Position numbers and translations under genes: made by a program
Assembly: GCA_037441765.1 (NCBI GenBank)
Contig: JBBIRM010000005.1
Location: 1,520-55,189 of the forward strand
Origin: Deltaproteobacteria bacterium
Lineage (GTDB): Bacteria > Desulfobacterota > BSN033 > UBA1163
Reading direction: 5' to 3'
DNA length: 53,670 nucleotides
Notes under the pieces: model-generated
The model's database searches: none
What the model was told of the DNA's origin: nothing
What the model saw: only the letters and a program-made list of their open reading frames with translations
Shown: in pieces, positions 26,486 to 35,657 of the stretch
Position numbering within the stretch: position 1 is the first letter of the stretch
How the letters are laid out: the number at the start of each line of letters is the position of its first letter

Positions 26486-27173
26486 CTTTCCATTCCCCCT
26501 GTTTCAGGTAAAATACTCTTGGTTCTGTACCGAGTTCTTCCATCAGGCGAAATGCCCTGGGGCTCTTCGAAAGTAAATACACACGACTCTTTGGATCGTT
26601 TAGGTCGCCAAATGTGATGGCATCGGTTGGACATGTTTCAGCACAGGCAGGAACAACCTCTCCGTCTCTGATCCGTCTCTTCTCCTTCTTAGCAACCTCC
26701 TTTGCTTTCCGGATTCTATGGATACAGAAGTTACATTTTTCTGTAATTCCTTTCCTTCTCTTATAGACATCTGGGTTTCTTCCTCTTTTATACTCATTGG
26801 GCCAATCGGGAGCATGCCAATTAAAATAGCGAACCGTATAAGGACAGTTTGAGATACACATTCTAACCCCTATACAACGAGGATAGACCTGTGCCACTAT
26901 TCCTTCAGGGTTTTTATAAGTAGCCCTTACAGGGCAGACAATTGTGCAAGGAGGGTTGTCACACTGCATGCAGGGAATCGGGATAAAGTGCATCTTTAAA
27001 TCTGGATAATCTCCCTCAATCTCTCTTATCATATTCATCCAGAATTTCGCTCTACCGAGTTTTGCTTGTTTTTCTCCTGCGAAAGGGATGTTGTTTTCCT
27101 GTCGACATGCTACCACGCAGGCCTGACAGCCAGTGCATCTATCCAGATCGATCACCATTGCCCATCGATACAT
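26478..27173 (-). CDS. Four-cluster [4Fe-4S] ferredoxin subunit (PsrB/ActB2/QrcC-like)
   Basis: MVIDLDRCTGCQACVVACRQEN, CMQCDNPPCTIVCP, CIGVRMCISNCP and CAETCPTDAI. The start is probably ATG 27173 (SD AGGGG); the track start is a TTG extension. Confidence 0.8.
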   Translation of the reverse strand: MYRWAMVIDLDRCTGCQACVVACRQENNIPFAGEKQAKLGRAKFWMNMIREIEGDYPDLKMHFIPIPCMQCDNPPCTIVCPVRATYKNPEGIVAQVYPRCIGVRMCISNCPYTVRYFNWHAPDWPNEYKRGRNPDVYKRRKGITEKCNFCIHRIRKAKEVAKKEKRRIRDGEVVPACAETCPTDAITFGDLNDPKSRVYLLSKSPRAFRLMEELGTEPRVFYLKQGEWKDG

Positions 27174-27235
27174 CTTAACCCCTTTCATATAAAGTTGACC
27201 GAATATGGAGAAATTCTTTTCCCTTCTCAACCACC

Positions 27236-29632
27236 CTATACGTTTTTTCTCGCCTTATATATCTTAACCCTCGTTGAAAAGTGAGAAAGAAATCCCCCTA
27301 AGTAATCATATTCCTTAACCAAAATATCATTTGGATTAACCCCTCTACCTTTCGCCCACCGTCCATAGGCCCGATGCCCCTGACCATATGGCATTTGAAG
27401 GCAAGCAGGATGTGTACCTGGAAAGAGTCGCACATGAGTCTTTAGCCGGCCTTTTACGGATTCTATCCAAACAGGGTCACCATCTTTTAGCCCCAATCTT
27501 CGGGCAGTCTCAGGATTGATCTCTACCCAAGAATCCCATCTCTCATAAAGATGGGGGCCAAAAATCTCCTGGAGATAAGGTTGATTTGCCCCTCTTCCTT
27601 CAGCAGATGTCATCGGTTTATAATGGATGAGGTGGAAAGGATAATCCTTTTTGTCTCCAATAAAACAGGGTTTCTCAAAGTGGGGAAGAAAGACCTTATC
27701 CCCTTTTACTTCGATCTTTAAATCCCTTAGAATTGTATCAAACGATTTTGAAGTTTTATGGGCTAATTCCCTCAACCCCTGCCTCAGGAGTTGGGAATAG
27801 AATTCAAACTTACCTGATGGTGTATTAAATTTAGCCCTCCATTTACCAAAAGGGTAGGTCTCCTCCCACCATCCTCCTATTTTAGTGATTTTATTCCAAA
27901 ACCCATCAAAATCCTTTTCAAGAATTGAGCCCCTTTTTGAACTGAATATCCCATAAAAGGCCTCTTTCAATGCTTTCTCCATATTCTCCCAGGGAAATGA
28001 TTTTGCAACGCTTCCCCCAATTTCCTTCGCAAGCGAAATCAATACATCTCCAGTATTTCGAACGTTATGAATCGGTTTGGAAAGGATGGGTTGTCTTATT
28101 CCAACCATTGGAAAGCCTAAGCCGGGTTGAGGAACATCATCCTGCCATCGTTCAAAATATGTTCCATCTGGAAGTATTATATCAGCATACTCCGTTGTTT
28201 CATCCATAAAGGGTGAGAAGCTAACAATGAACGAAATCTTCTCGATAGCAGAGAGTAGCTTTTCTGGTTCAGGAATACTGAATAAGGGATTTGTATAATA
28301 AAGAAAGAGAGTCTCTATAGGATAGGGATCCCCTGCCTCAATTCTTTCCGGTAGAATGTAAGGAACCTCTTGGGCAAAAGGAAAGGGAATCTCTCCTGCC
28401 CCATCAATACGAGGTTGAGAGAGTCCCTTTTCTGAAAAGGAGTCTCTTTGAACAGGAGGCCATTTTTTAAAATTGGGCTTTCTCTGAAGAAGAAGCCCAC
28501 CCTGACAATCAATTGATCCGACCAGGGCGTTGAGACAATCTATAGCCATTTGGCTATAGGTCCCATTGGTCTGCATCCCAACACCTCTCCCTGAAATGGC
28601 AATTGAAGGTAGGTGGGATGAAAACTCTCTCGCTACATTTACAATTACCTCTTCAGAAACCCCTGTAATTGAAGATACCTGTTGTGGTGAGTAATCCTTG
28701 AGGACTAGGTTTTTAAACCCAAGATGTTGTCTTCCCTCTGAGTCTTTCCAGTCCTCAAAGCCAAAGGTATAACGGGAAACAAACTCCTTATCATATCTTC
28801 TCTCTTTAATGATCCAGTGTGCAATTCCAAGGGCAAGGGCCCCGTCTGTTCCAGGCTCAATGGGAACCCACTGGTCGGCTTTCGATGCTGTAAGAGAGAA
28901 CCGAGGTTCAATCTGAACAAGTTTTCCTCGAATGCCAGGTCTTCCCCTTCTGAAATGACCATACCCCCAAAGATTTCTAAGGGAGGGCCGGGAGGCCTCT
29001 AATAGACTCGCACCGAAGGAAAGAACATAATTGACTTTCTCCCAGTGGATTGCCAGAAAATCATTTTCACCCATAGTAAAGAAGTGGCCTTTCAGTATCC
29101 CTTCTGAACCCCTTGAGGAGTTACCAAGATGGTTTGGTGAACCATAAGCCTCCATGAATCGGGAGACCAGATCAAACATATGGCCCCGATATCTTCCTCC
29201 CCAGAAGACCACCTGATGGGCTCTTCCCCTCATGCGGAGCCCTTTTAAGTTTTCAGCAACAATACGAATCGCATCGTCCCATGAGATTCTTTCCCACTTT
29301 CCTTCTCCACGTTTACCTTTTCTTCTTAGAGGAGATGGGATACGGTCAGGGTCATAAAGGACCTGAAGCCCTGCCTGACCTTTTGGGCAGAGTCGCCCTC
29401 GGTTTATTGGATAATCTTTAATTCCTTCTAACTTGACAGGCCAACCATTAACCGATCTGACTCGGAGGCCACAGCCACCAGGGCATTGAAGGCAGATCCC
29501 AGTTGACCAGTATTCTTCATAGGGAATCCACTCTCCTTCAGAGGGAAGTGCATAAAGGATTTCCTCAGGGAGAGCTATCCCAAAGGTTGCTGCGCCTATC
29601 ATCTTAAGGAGATCTCTACGTGAGATTCTCAT
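27236..29632 (-). CDS. Tat-exported molybdopterin-oxidoreductase-family large subunit (PsrA/ActB1/QrcB-like)
   Basis: Twin-arginine signal MRISRRDLLKMIGAA. The N-terminal FS0 motif C-x2-C-x3-C-x27-C is complete (CLQCPGGC ... LCPKG). 798 aa. Confidence 0.8.
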   Translation of the reverse strand: MRISRRDLLKMIGAATFGIALPEEILYALPSEGEWIPYEEYWSTGICLQCPGGCGLRVRSVNGWPVKLEGIKDYPINRGRLCPKGQAGLQVLYDPDRIPSPLRRKGKRGEGKWERISWDDAIRIVAENLKGLRMRGRAHQVVFWGGRYRGHMFDLVSRFMEAYGSPNHLGNSSRGSEGILKGHFFTMGENDFLAIHWEKVNYVLSFGASLLEASRPSLRNLWGYGHFRRGRPGIRGKLVQIEPRFSLTASKADQWVPIEPGTDGALALGIAHWIIKERRYDKEFVSRYTFGFEDWKDSEGRQHLGFKNLVLKDYSPQQVSSITGVSEEVIVNVAREFSSHLPSIAISGRGVGMQTNGTYSQMAIDCLNALVGSIDCQGGLLLQRKPNFKKWPPVQRDSFSEKGLSQPRIDGAGEIPFPFAQEVPYILPERIEAGDPYPIETLFLYYTNPLFSIPEPEKLLSAIEKISFIVSFSPFMDETTEYADIILPDGTYFERWQDDVPQPGLGFPMVGIRQPILSKPIHNVRNTGDVLISLAKEIGGSVAKSFPWENMEKALKEAFYGIFSSKRGSILEKDFDGFWNKITKIGGWWEETYPFGKWRAKFNTPSGKFEFYSQLLRQGLRELAHKTSKSFDTILRDLKIEVKGDKVFLPHFEKPCFIGDKKDYPFHLIHYKPMTSAEGRGANQPYLQEIFGPHLYERWDSWVEINPETARRLGLKDGDPVWIESVKGRLKTHVRLFPGTHPACLQMPYGQGHRAYGRWAKGRGVNPNDILVKEYDYLGGFLSHFSTRVKIYKARKNV

Positions 29633-29695
29633 CTGTTTAGTTTTGAATTCGAAGCTCTGAGTTTTGAAATTTGATTTTCCCCTTCTCCCAACGGG

Positions 29696-30247
29696 TTAAC
29701 TTGAATGACATGTATAACAATCTGTATCTGCACCACTTTTTTTGTGGCAATCCATACACCAGTCCATATAGTTTCTGTCCACCATCTTAACAGGTCTCTC
29801 ATTGAGGCCTGTCACCCCATGACATACAGAGCAATCGATCTCTCTTCTTATATGGATCCAGTGAGGAAAGACAACAAATTTGGGAAGTTCATACATCCTT
29901 TTCCATGGGATTTCTCTACCTGACTGCACATATCTTACAACTTTAATGGCCTCTGGCTTTTTACTTATCGAATCTGTGAAATGACATGCCCTGCAGACCT
30001 CGATATTGGGTATTCCTGCAACCCTGTAATTCTCTGCATAGCGATGGCAAAAGATGCATTTCAGATTTACCACCTCTTTATGTCGGAGATGGTTAAAAAG
30101 AACAGGCTGATTGACTGATACCCAACTATAAATTGGAAAAATGGAAAAGAGGGCCATTTGAGTTTGAACCCGAAATCGATGATAGGAGATAATTGCAAAA
30201 AGGATTAGAATGATGAGAACTAAAAAAAGGATGAAGGTCTTTTTCAT
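29696..30247 (-). CDS. Membrane-anchored pentahaem cytochrome c (ActA-like)
   Basis: N-terminal TM helix and five CxxCH motifs (CIFCH, CRACH, CSVCH, CMDCH, CYTCH); 183 aa. Confidence 0.8.
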   Translation of the reverse strand: MKKTFILFLVLIILILFAIISYHRFRVQTQMALFSIFPIYSWVSVNQPVLFNHLRHKEVVNLKCIFCHRYAENYRVAGIPNIEVCRACHFTDSISKKPEAIKVVRYVQSGREIPWKRMYELPKFVVFPHWIHIRREIDCSVCHGVTGLNERPVKMVDRNYMDWCMDCHKKSGADTDCYTCHSS

Positions 30248-30318
30248 AACTTTTTTACACCTCTACGATACTTAATGCCAAAGCCTCCAGACAAGTTAAA
30301 TAGATTAAACCCTGTATT

Positions 30319-31230
30319 TTAATACAAAAAATAATGTATTTGTCCAAATATTAGCCTGTCAAGTAAAAAACATACCATGATAAGTAAGATATAGAGATTG
30401 ATGGCTCTGGAGATTGTCCGATGGTTCCATCCTTGATGTCGGGAGATCAGAATTTTATATGCACTCCGTAATAAACCTCCTCCTACGCTGAATAATCCTC
30501 CCGATATGACCGGAGTTTTTAGAAGACCAAACATCGGAACAAGGAAACAGGTTATCCCTGTTGAAAAGAGCCAGACAAATAGAATCCTATTAAACTGGTA
30601 TTGATTAAATAGTCGGATTAAAGTAGGATATCCTACTTCTTCATAATCCTTCCTGAATTGGAATTGAAGAATCCAGAAATGCGGTACCTGCCAGATATAA
30701 AAGAGGAATGAAAGGATGAGTATTTTAGGGTCCCAAAGATCACCTCCTCCGAATGTCCAACCTATTATCGGTGGGATCGTACCAATTAATGCCCCGGGAA
30801 TAACTGCAAAGGCTGTAATCCTCTTGAGAGGTGTATAAATGAAATGATACCAGATGAGAGCAAAAGCACAAAGAAGAATTGCAATCCAATTTGTCCAATA
30901 GAAAATTATAAATCCTCCTAATAGAATCAAAAAAAGAGAAAGTTTCAGGGCAAAGATCGGTGTTATCCTTTTTGACGGAATTGGACGACCTTTTGTCCTA
31001 TCCATCCGTTGATCATATTCTCTTTCTTGGAATTGATTAAGTCCACAAGAACCTGAGGCTAATAAGAAAACTCCTATAACCATTGGAATGATCTCGATTG
31101 AGATTTCTGACCTTGCAAGGATAAAGCCTGTTATCGCAGAAAGAGTTAAAAATACTGAAATTTTGAATTTTGTAAATTCTAAAAGAATCTTCATCTGTAA
31201 TGCCACACTTACCTGGAGATTATTCCTCAT
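30319..31230 (-). CDS. ctaB: Protohaem IX farnesyltransferase (haem O synthase)
   Basis: UbiA-family membrane protein with LNQFQEREYDQRMDRTKGRPIPS. It sits directly after the cox genes. Confidence 0.85.
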   Translation of the reverse strand: MRNNLQVSVALQMKILLEFTKFKISVFLTLSAITGFILARSEISIEIIPMVIGVFLLASGSCGLNQFQEREYDQRMDRTKGRPIPSKRITPIFALKLSLFLILLGGFIIFYWTNWIAILLCAFALIWYHFIYTPLKRITAFAVIPGALIGTIPPIIGWTFGGGDLWDPKILILSFLFYIWQVPHFWILQFQFRKDYEEVGYPTLIRLFNQYQFNRILFVWLFSTGITCFLVPMFGLLKTPVISGGLFSVGGGLLRSAYKILISRHQGWNHRTISRAINLYILLIMVCFLLDRLIFGQIHYFLY

Positions 31231-31267
31231 TCTAACCTTTCGTAAGCCCCTCTCCCAGAGTGATAAA

Positions 31268-32185
31268 TTATTTTAAGCCCTTAATATATTGAATGATCTC
31301 TTTCATCTCCGACTCCTTCAAGATCCCTTTTTGAGAAGGCATGATAGGTGGAAACCCTTTTACAATATCCACATTAGGTTCTAAAAGTGATTTCCTTAAA
31401 TAGGCCTCATCTGCTATGATCTCTCGCTCCCTCCCTTCTGTTACAACCACAACCTTTTCCCCGAAAAGACCCTTCAGGGTAGGCCCTATAAGTTTAGTTC
31501 CATCAATACTGTGGCAGACTTTGCAGCCTTTCTCCTCAAAAAGTCTAAGACCTGTAGGGAGGGCCGCTACCTCCCTCGGTCTTTCTTCTTCATACCATTT
31601 TTGGAAATCCTCTTCCTTAAGTACGATTACTTTCGTAAGCATATAGGAGTGTTGGACTCCGCAATATTCTGCGCATAGGACATCATAACTTCCTGCCTCT
31701 GGTGCCCTAAACCAAAGATGATTTACCATCCCAGGGACAACGTCCTGCTTGACCTTAAAGGCAGGTATATAAAAACTGTGGATTACATCCTGGGAGGTAA
31801 GGGCTAAATGAATTGCCTTTCCTAAAGGAACTATTAATTCAGAACTTTTTAATCCATTTTCATATTCAAATAACCAGGACCATTGTCGTGCTGTAACTTT
31901 AACCCTCATGGCACCTTCGGGAATCTTCTTTAGGTAATGAAATCCCTTTAACCCATAAAAGAACATGGTGAGGACGAGAAGGGTTGGAACAATTGTCCAA
32001 AAGATTTCTAACCATTTTCTCCCTACGATGTTTTCAGGTTGGGGATGACGCCTTCTATGATATCGAAGGACAAAATAAACCATTAAAAAAGTGATTAGGG
32101 CCAGAAGGAAGACAGCAATTAAAGCGATATAGAGAAAAACATTTTCCACCACTCTGCTGGAAAAGCTGATAGAGGTTGAGAACAT
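31268..32185 (-). CDS. coxB: Cytochrome c oxidase subunit II with a fused C-terminal cytochrome c domain (caa3 type)
   Basis: Two N-terminal TM helices, the CuA motif CAEYCGVQHSYM and a C-terminal CKVCH haem c domain. Confidence 0.9.
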   Translation of the reverse strand: MFSTSISFSSRVVENVFLYIALIAVFLLALITFLMVYFVLRYHRRRHPQPENIVGRKWLEIFWTIVPTLLVLTMFFYGLKGFHYLKKIPEGAMRVKVTARQWSWLFEYENGLKSSELIVPLGKAIHLALTSQDVIHSFYIPAFKVKQDVVPGMVNHLWFRAPEAGSYDVLCAEYCGVQHSYMLTKVIVLKEEDFQKWYEEERPREVAALPTGLRLFEEKGCKVCHSIDGTKLIGPTLKGLFGEKVVVVTEGREREIIADEAYLRKSLLEPNVDIVKGFPPIMPSQKGILKESEMKEIIQYIKGLK

Positions 32186-32197
32186 TTCCTTTTCACC

Positions 32198-32491
32198 TCA
32201 TCGGAGAACCACATCAAAGAATGTTAAACCAATGAAGAGAATAAGAAGGACCAGGACCCCTGGAACCATCCATTTAAATAGTCTTAGCTGTTTCTCATAT
32301 TTTAGATGCATAAAGTAACTCAACACCAATCCCGATTTAATGCCAGCAATAAGGAGAGCAATACAGATCCCCCACCGACCCAGGTTCATCCCTGCAATGG
32401 ATACCGTGGCCCCTGTAAGAAGGAGCAATTCCAGCCAAACCAAAAAATAGATTTTTTCACTTATCGGTGATGAACTTCCCTCATTCGCCAT
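32198..32491 (-). CDS. Small membrane subunit IV of cytochrome c oxidase (CoxD/CtaF-like)
   Basis: 97 aa with three hydrophobic segments, located between the subunit III and subunit II genes. Confidence 0.5.
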   Translation of the reverse strand: MANEGSSSPISEKIYFLVWLELLLLTGATVSIAGMNLGRWGICIALLIAGIKSGLVLSYFMHLKYEKQLRLFKWMVPGVLVLLILFIGLTFFDVVLR

Positions 32492-32500
32492 TCCATCCCC

Positions 32501-33103
32501 CTATCTAATTAAATAGAAGAGTGGAAATAGAAAGATCCAGATGATATCCACCAGATGCCAATACAATCCGGAATTCTCAAGGGGAATAAAGTCTACCTCG
32601 TTTACCTTTCCCTTAACCATTAAAACTCCCATAATCAATAGCACTACCAGCCCGACCAGGACATGAAGGGCATGAAGCCCTGTCATCGAATAGTAAAGAC
32701 CATAAAAGAGAACCTCTCCTTTATCCCTTTCCAAGAGCCGAGGAGAATTGGGATAGATTTCATGATAAATCTTTTCAACCCATTCAAAGTATTTGATTGC
32801 AAGAAAGGTGAAGCCTAAAAGGAGGGTCGCTGCAAGGAAGACCAAAGAAGATTTTCCTTTCCCATTTTTAAAGGACGATATAGAAACCGCCATGGTCAGA
32901 CTGCTAGTGATCAAAAAGATAGTATTGAGGGTTCCAAGGGGTCTATTAAGTTCCCCTGCGGCAAGATGAAAACTCAACGGATGTTTAAACCGATAGACAG
33001 AATAGAGAATAAACAGTCCTCCAAATAGAAGGATCTCTGAGAGAATAAAAAGCCACATCCCTGTCTTAGAGCCAATTTTTTCTTTATGCTCAATCATATT
33101 CAT
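32501..33103 (-). CDS. coxC: Cytochrome c oxidase subunit III
   Basis: 200 aa polytopic protein with subunit III-like motifs (LFILSEILLFGGLF ... YWHLVDIIWIFLF). Confidence 0.85.
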   Translation of the reverse strand: MNMIEHKEKIGSKTGMWLFILSEILLFGGLFILYSVYRFKHPLSFHLAAGELNRPLGTLNTIFLITSSLTMAVSISSFKNGKGKSSLVFLAATLLLGFTFLAIKYFEWVEKIYHEIYPNSPRLLERDKGEVLFYGLYYSMTGLHALHVLVGLVVLLIMGVLMVKGKVNEVDFIPLENSGLYWHLVDIIWIFLFPLFYLIR

Positions 33104-34706
33104 AAGGTCCTTTTTTTACAATTGGTATCTCCTCAAAATTTTCTTTTGGGGGTGGGGATGGAATCTGCCATTCAAGAGTTGCTCCTCCCCAGGGGTTGCT
33201 TCCTACCATTTCCCCCCTAAAAAGTGAAAATAATAGATTTATAAACATCAGAATCAAACCTGTAATAAGAACCCAAGATCCAATCGTGGAGATCAATTGA
33301 AGTGTGTGAAATTGGGCGAGATAGTCATAATATCTTCTGGGCATTCCCTCCCAACCTAAAATGAACATTGGGAAGTAGAGAATGTTAAATCCAATAAATA
33401 GTAATGCCCATGAGAGATATGGAATTCTTCTCTTAAACATCTTACCAAACATCTTTGGAAACCAGTAGTGAAGGCCCCCAAAAAGAGCAAAACCTGTTCC
33501 TCCAAAAATGACATAATGAAAATGCCCCACGACCCAGTAAGTATCATGGAGATGGACATCGGTGGCAAGGGCACCCTGAAAAAGGCCTGTCAATCCACCT
33601 ATAGAAAAAAGAAAGATGAATGTAAGGGCAAATAGGAGAGGCGGCTTCAACTCTATTGACCCTTTATATAATGTGGCCACCCAGTTGAATACCTTAACCG
33701 CGCTCGGAACAGCCACAAAAAAGGTTAAAAAGGAGAAGATCAGGCTTACCAAATCACTCTGGCCACTTACAAACATATGATGGCCCCATACCAGCGAACC
33801 CACACTGGCAATGGCAAGGCTTGAAAAGACAATGGCTTTATATCCAAAGATCGCCTTTCGAGCAAAAACTGGGATTATTTCTGAGATTACTCCCATGGCT
33901 GGAAGAATCATGATATAAACTGCTGGATGGGAATATATCCAGAAGAGATGCTGGTAGAGAATAGGATCTCCCCCTTTCGCAGGGTCGAAAATCCCAACCC
34001 CTACCAGTCTCTCTAATAAGGTAAGAAGCAGTGTAATCCCAATTACTGGAGTAACAAGAATCTGTATCCATGCAGTAGCATAGATACTCCAGACAAAAAG
34101 GGGTAGTCGGAACCAACTCATTCCAGGTGCCCGAAGCCAGTGGATGGTAGTCACAAAATTGATTCCGGTAAGAATGGAAGAGAAACCGAGAATAAATACA
34201 GAAACCACTGCAAGAGGAACATTGACCGTAGTGCGAAGACTATAGGGAACGTAAAAAGTCCACCCTGTATCAATGGGGCCACCACCTGTAAACAGGGAGA
34301 TGATGGCCAAAGAGGCACCCGCCATATAAATCCACCAAGAGAGGAGATTTATTTTTGGAAAAGCAACGTCCCTTGCACCAATCTGGATAGGCATAAAGAA
34401 ATTTCCAAATATAGATGGAATTCCAGGGATGACAAATAGAAAGATCATGATCACCCCATGTAGGGTAAAGATGGCATTATATGTCTGGGGTTTCATGATT
34501 GTGGAACCTGGTGCCATTAATTCCAACCGCATTAAAAATCCGAGGGATACTCCAATTATAAAAAAGAAGAGAATGGATATAAGGTAAAGAAGACCTATTC
34601 TTTTATGATCGGTTGAGAAGATCCAGCCCAGAATTCCACCAAACCCGCCCTTCGATTCGTAAAAATTGATTCCTGATTTGTACTGTTTCGATAGTTCTGC
34701 CATCAC
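33090..34706 (-). CDS. coxA: Haem-copper oxidase subunit I, A2 subtype
   Basis: Contains WGHHMF and GHFHYV. The FWIYSHPAVY motif carries the Tyr-Ser pair in place of the GHPEVY glutamate, as in A2-type caa3 oxidases. 538 aa. Confidence 0.9.
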   Translation of the reverse strand: MMAELSKQYKSGINFYESKGGFGGILGWIFSTDHKRIGLLYLISILFFFIIGVSLGFLMRLELMAPGSTIMKPQTYNAIFTLHGVIMIFLFVIPGIPSIFGNFFMPIQIGARDVAFPKINLLSWWIYMAGASLAIISLFTGGGPIDTGWTFYVPYSLRTTVNVPLAVVSVFILGFSSILTGINFVTTIHWLRAPGMSWFRLPLFVWSIYATAWIQILVTPVIGITLLLTLLERLVGVGIFDPAKGGDPILYQHLFWIYSHPAVYIMILPAMGVISEIIPVFARKAIFGYKAIVFSSLAIASVGSLVWGHHMFVSGQSDLVSLIFSFLTFFVAVPSAVKVFNWVATLYKGSIELKPPLLFALTFIFLFSIGGLTGLFQGALATDVHLHDTYWVVGHFHYVIFGGTGFALFGGLHYWFPKMFGKMFKRRIPYLSWALLFIGFNILYFPMFILGWEGMPRRYYDYLAQFHTLQLISTIGSWVLITGLILMFINLLFSLFRGEMVGSNPWGGATLEWQIPSPPPKENFEEIPIVKKGPYEYD

Positions 34707-35497
34707 TTCATCCCCTTTTCGGGTTTTCTTCTTCCACTAAAAATAAGGAAGAAGATAAAACCAAGGGCAAATACTAAAATAATAACCCCAGTTACTTTCA
34801 AAGTATTAAATACATATTTTCTCCCTTTAGGGTCATAGCTGAAACAGAATTGTAATATCCTATTGATAGTGGGGCTAACCTTCCCCTCCGAGGCTTCTAA
34901 GAGAGCCATTTTTAAATCGAAAGGGAGAAAATTCATCCCATAGATATATCGGGTAATTTTCCCCTTAGAAGATAGAATGACTAATGCGACAGGATGTTGG
35001 AAAACCTCTCCTTCCCTTCTGAAATGAAAGCCTACAGACTCGGTTAATTTCTGGATATTCTCATAATCACCCGTTAAAAATCTCCAGGCATCTTCTGGAA
35101 AGGGCTTTTGGATCATCTTGACATAGAGTCTCTTCTTTTCGAGGGCGAGCACAGGGGTCTCTGTCTCATCAAAACTGATTGCTAATATTCTATATTCCTT
35201 ACCAGGCTCAGCAGGCAGTTTATTTATCACCTCGGCAAGATTATATAATAAAAGACCGCACACATCGGGACAGGAAAAATAGACCAAAACAAGGATGACA
35301 GGGGTCTGGATCAATTGCCCAAGGGATACCAAATGATTAGTTTCATCCCTGAACCTTAAATCAAGGGGAATGGTTTGTGTTAATCTTTCATCTATTCCTA
35401 TCCCCTTGGGATCTTTAGGAATTTCCTTATAGGAATGAAGATTGAGTGGGAAAATGATGGAAATGATAAAAAGAAAGAAAATAAAGTAAATTTTCAT
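34703..35497 (-). CDS. SCO1/SenC copper chaperone
   Basis: Signal/anchor sequence and a thioredoxin-fold CxxxC motif (YFSCPDVCGLL). Its stop overlaps the coxA start (ATGA). Confidence 0.8.
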   Translation of the reverse strand: MKIYFIFFLFIISIIFPLNLHSYKEIPKDPKGIGIDERLTQTIPLDLRFRDETNHLVSLGQLIQTPVILVLVYFSCPDVCGLLLYNLAEVINKLPAEPGKEYRILAISFDETETPVLALEKKRLYVKMIQKPFPEDAWRFLTGDYENIQKLTESVGFHFRREGEVFQHPVALVILSSKGKITRYIYGMNFLPFDLKMALLEASEGKVSPTINRILQFCFSYDPKGRKYVFNTLKVTGVIILVFALGFIFFLIFSGRRKPEKGMK

Positions 35498-35582
35498 ACC
35501 AGATAATCCGGAGCCTTTTTATCCTACCGCCAAACTCCCAAAGAAATTCTAATCAATGATTAAATTTGCAGGACTTAAAAAA

Positions 35583-35610
35583 ATTATATTATATTAAAGT
35601 TAAAAATCAA
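35583..35610 (-). promoter_or_regulatory. Candidate sigma70 promoter of the SCO1-cox-act-like string
   Basis: On the minus strand: TTGATT (35610-35605), a 16-nt spacer, then TATAAT (35588-35583), about 85 nt upstream of the SCO1 ATG. Confidence 0.4.
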
Positions 35611-35657
35611 CCTAAAGAAAACGATGGGATATTTTTTAAGACAAAGAGATAATTTAT

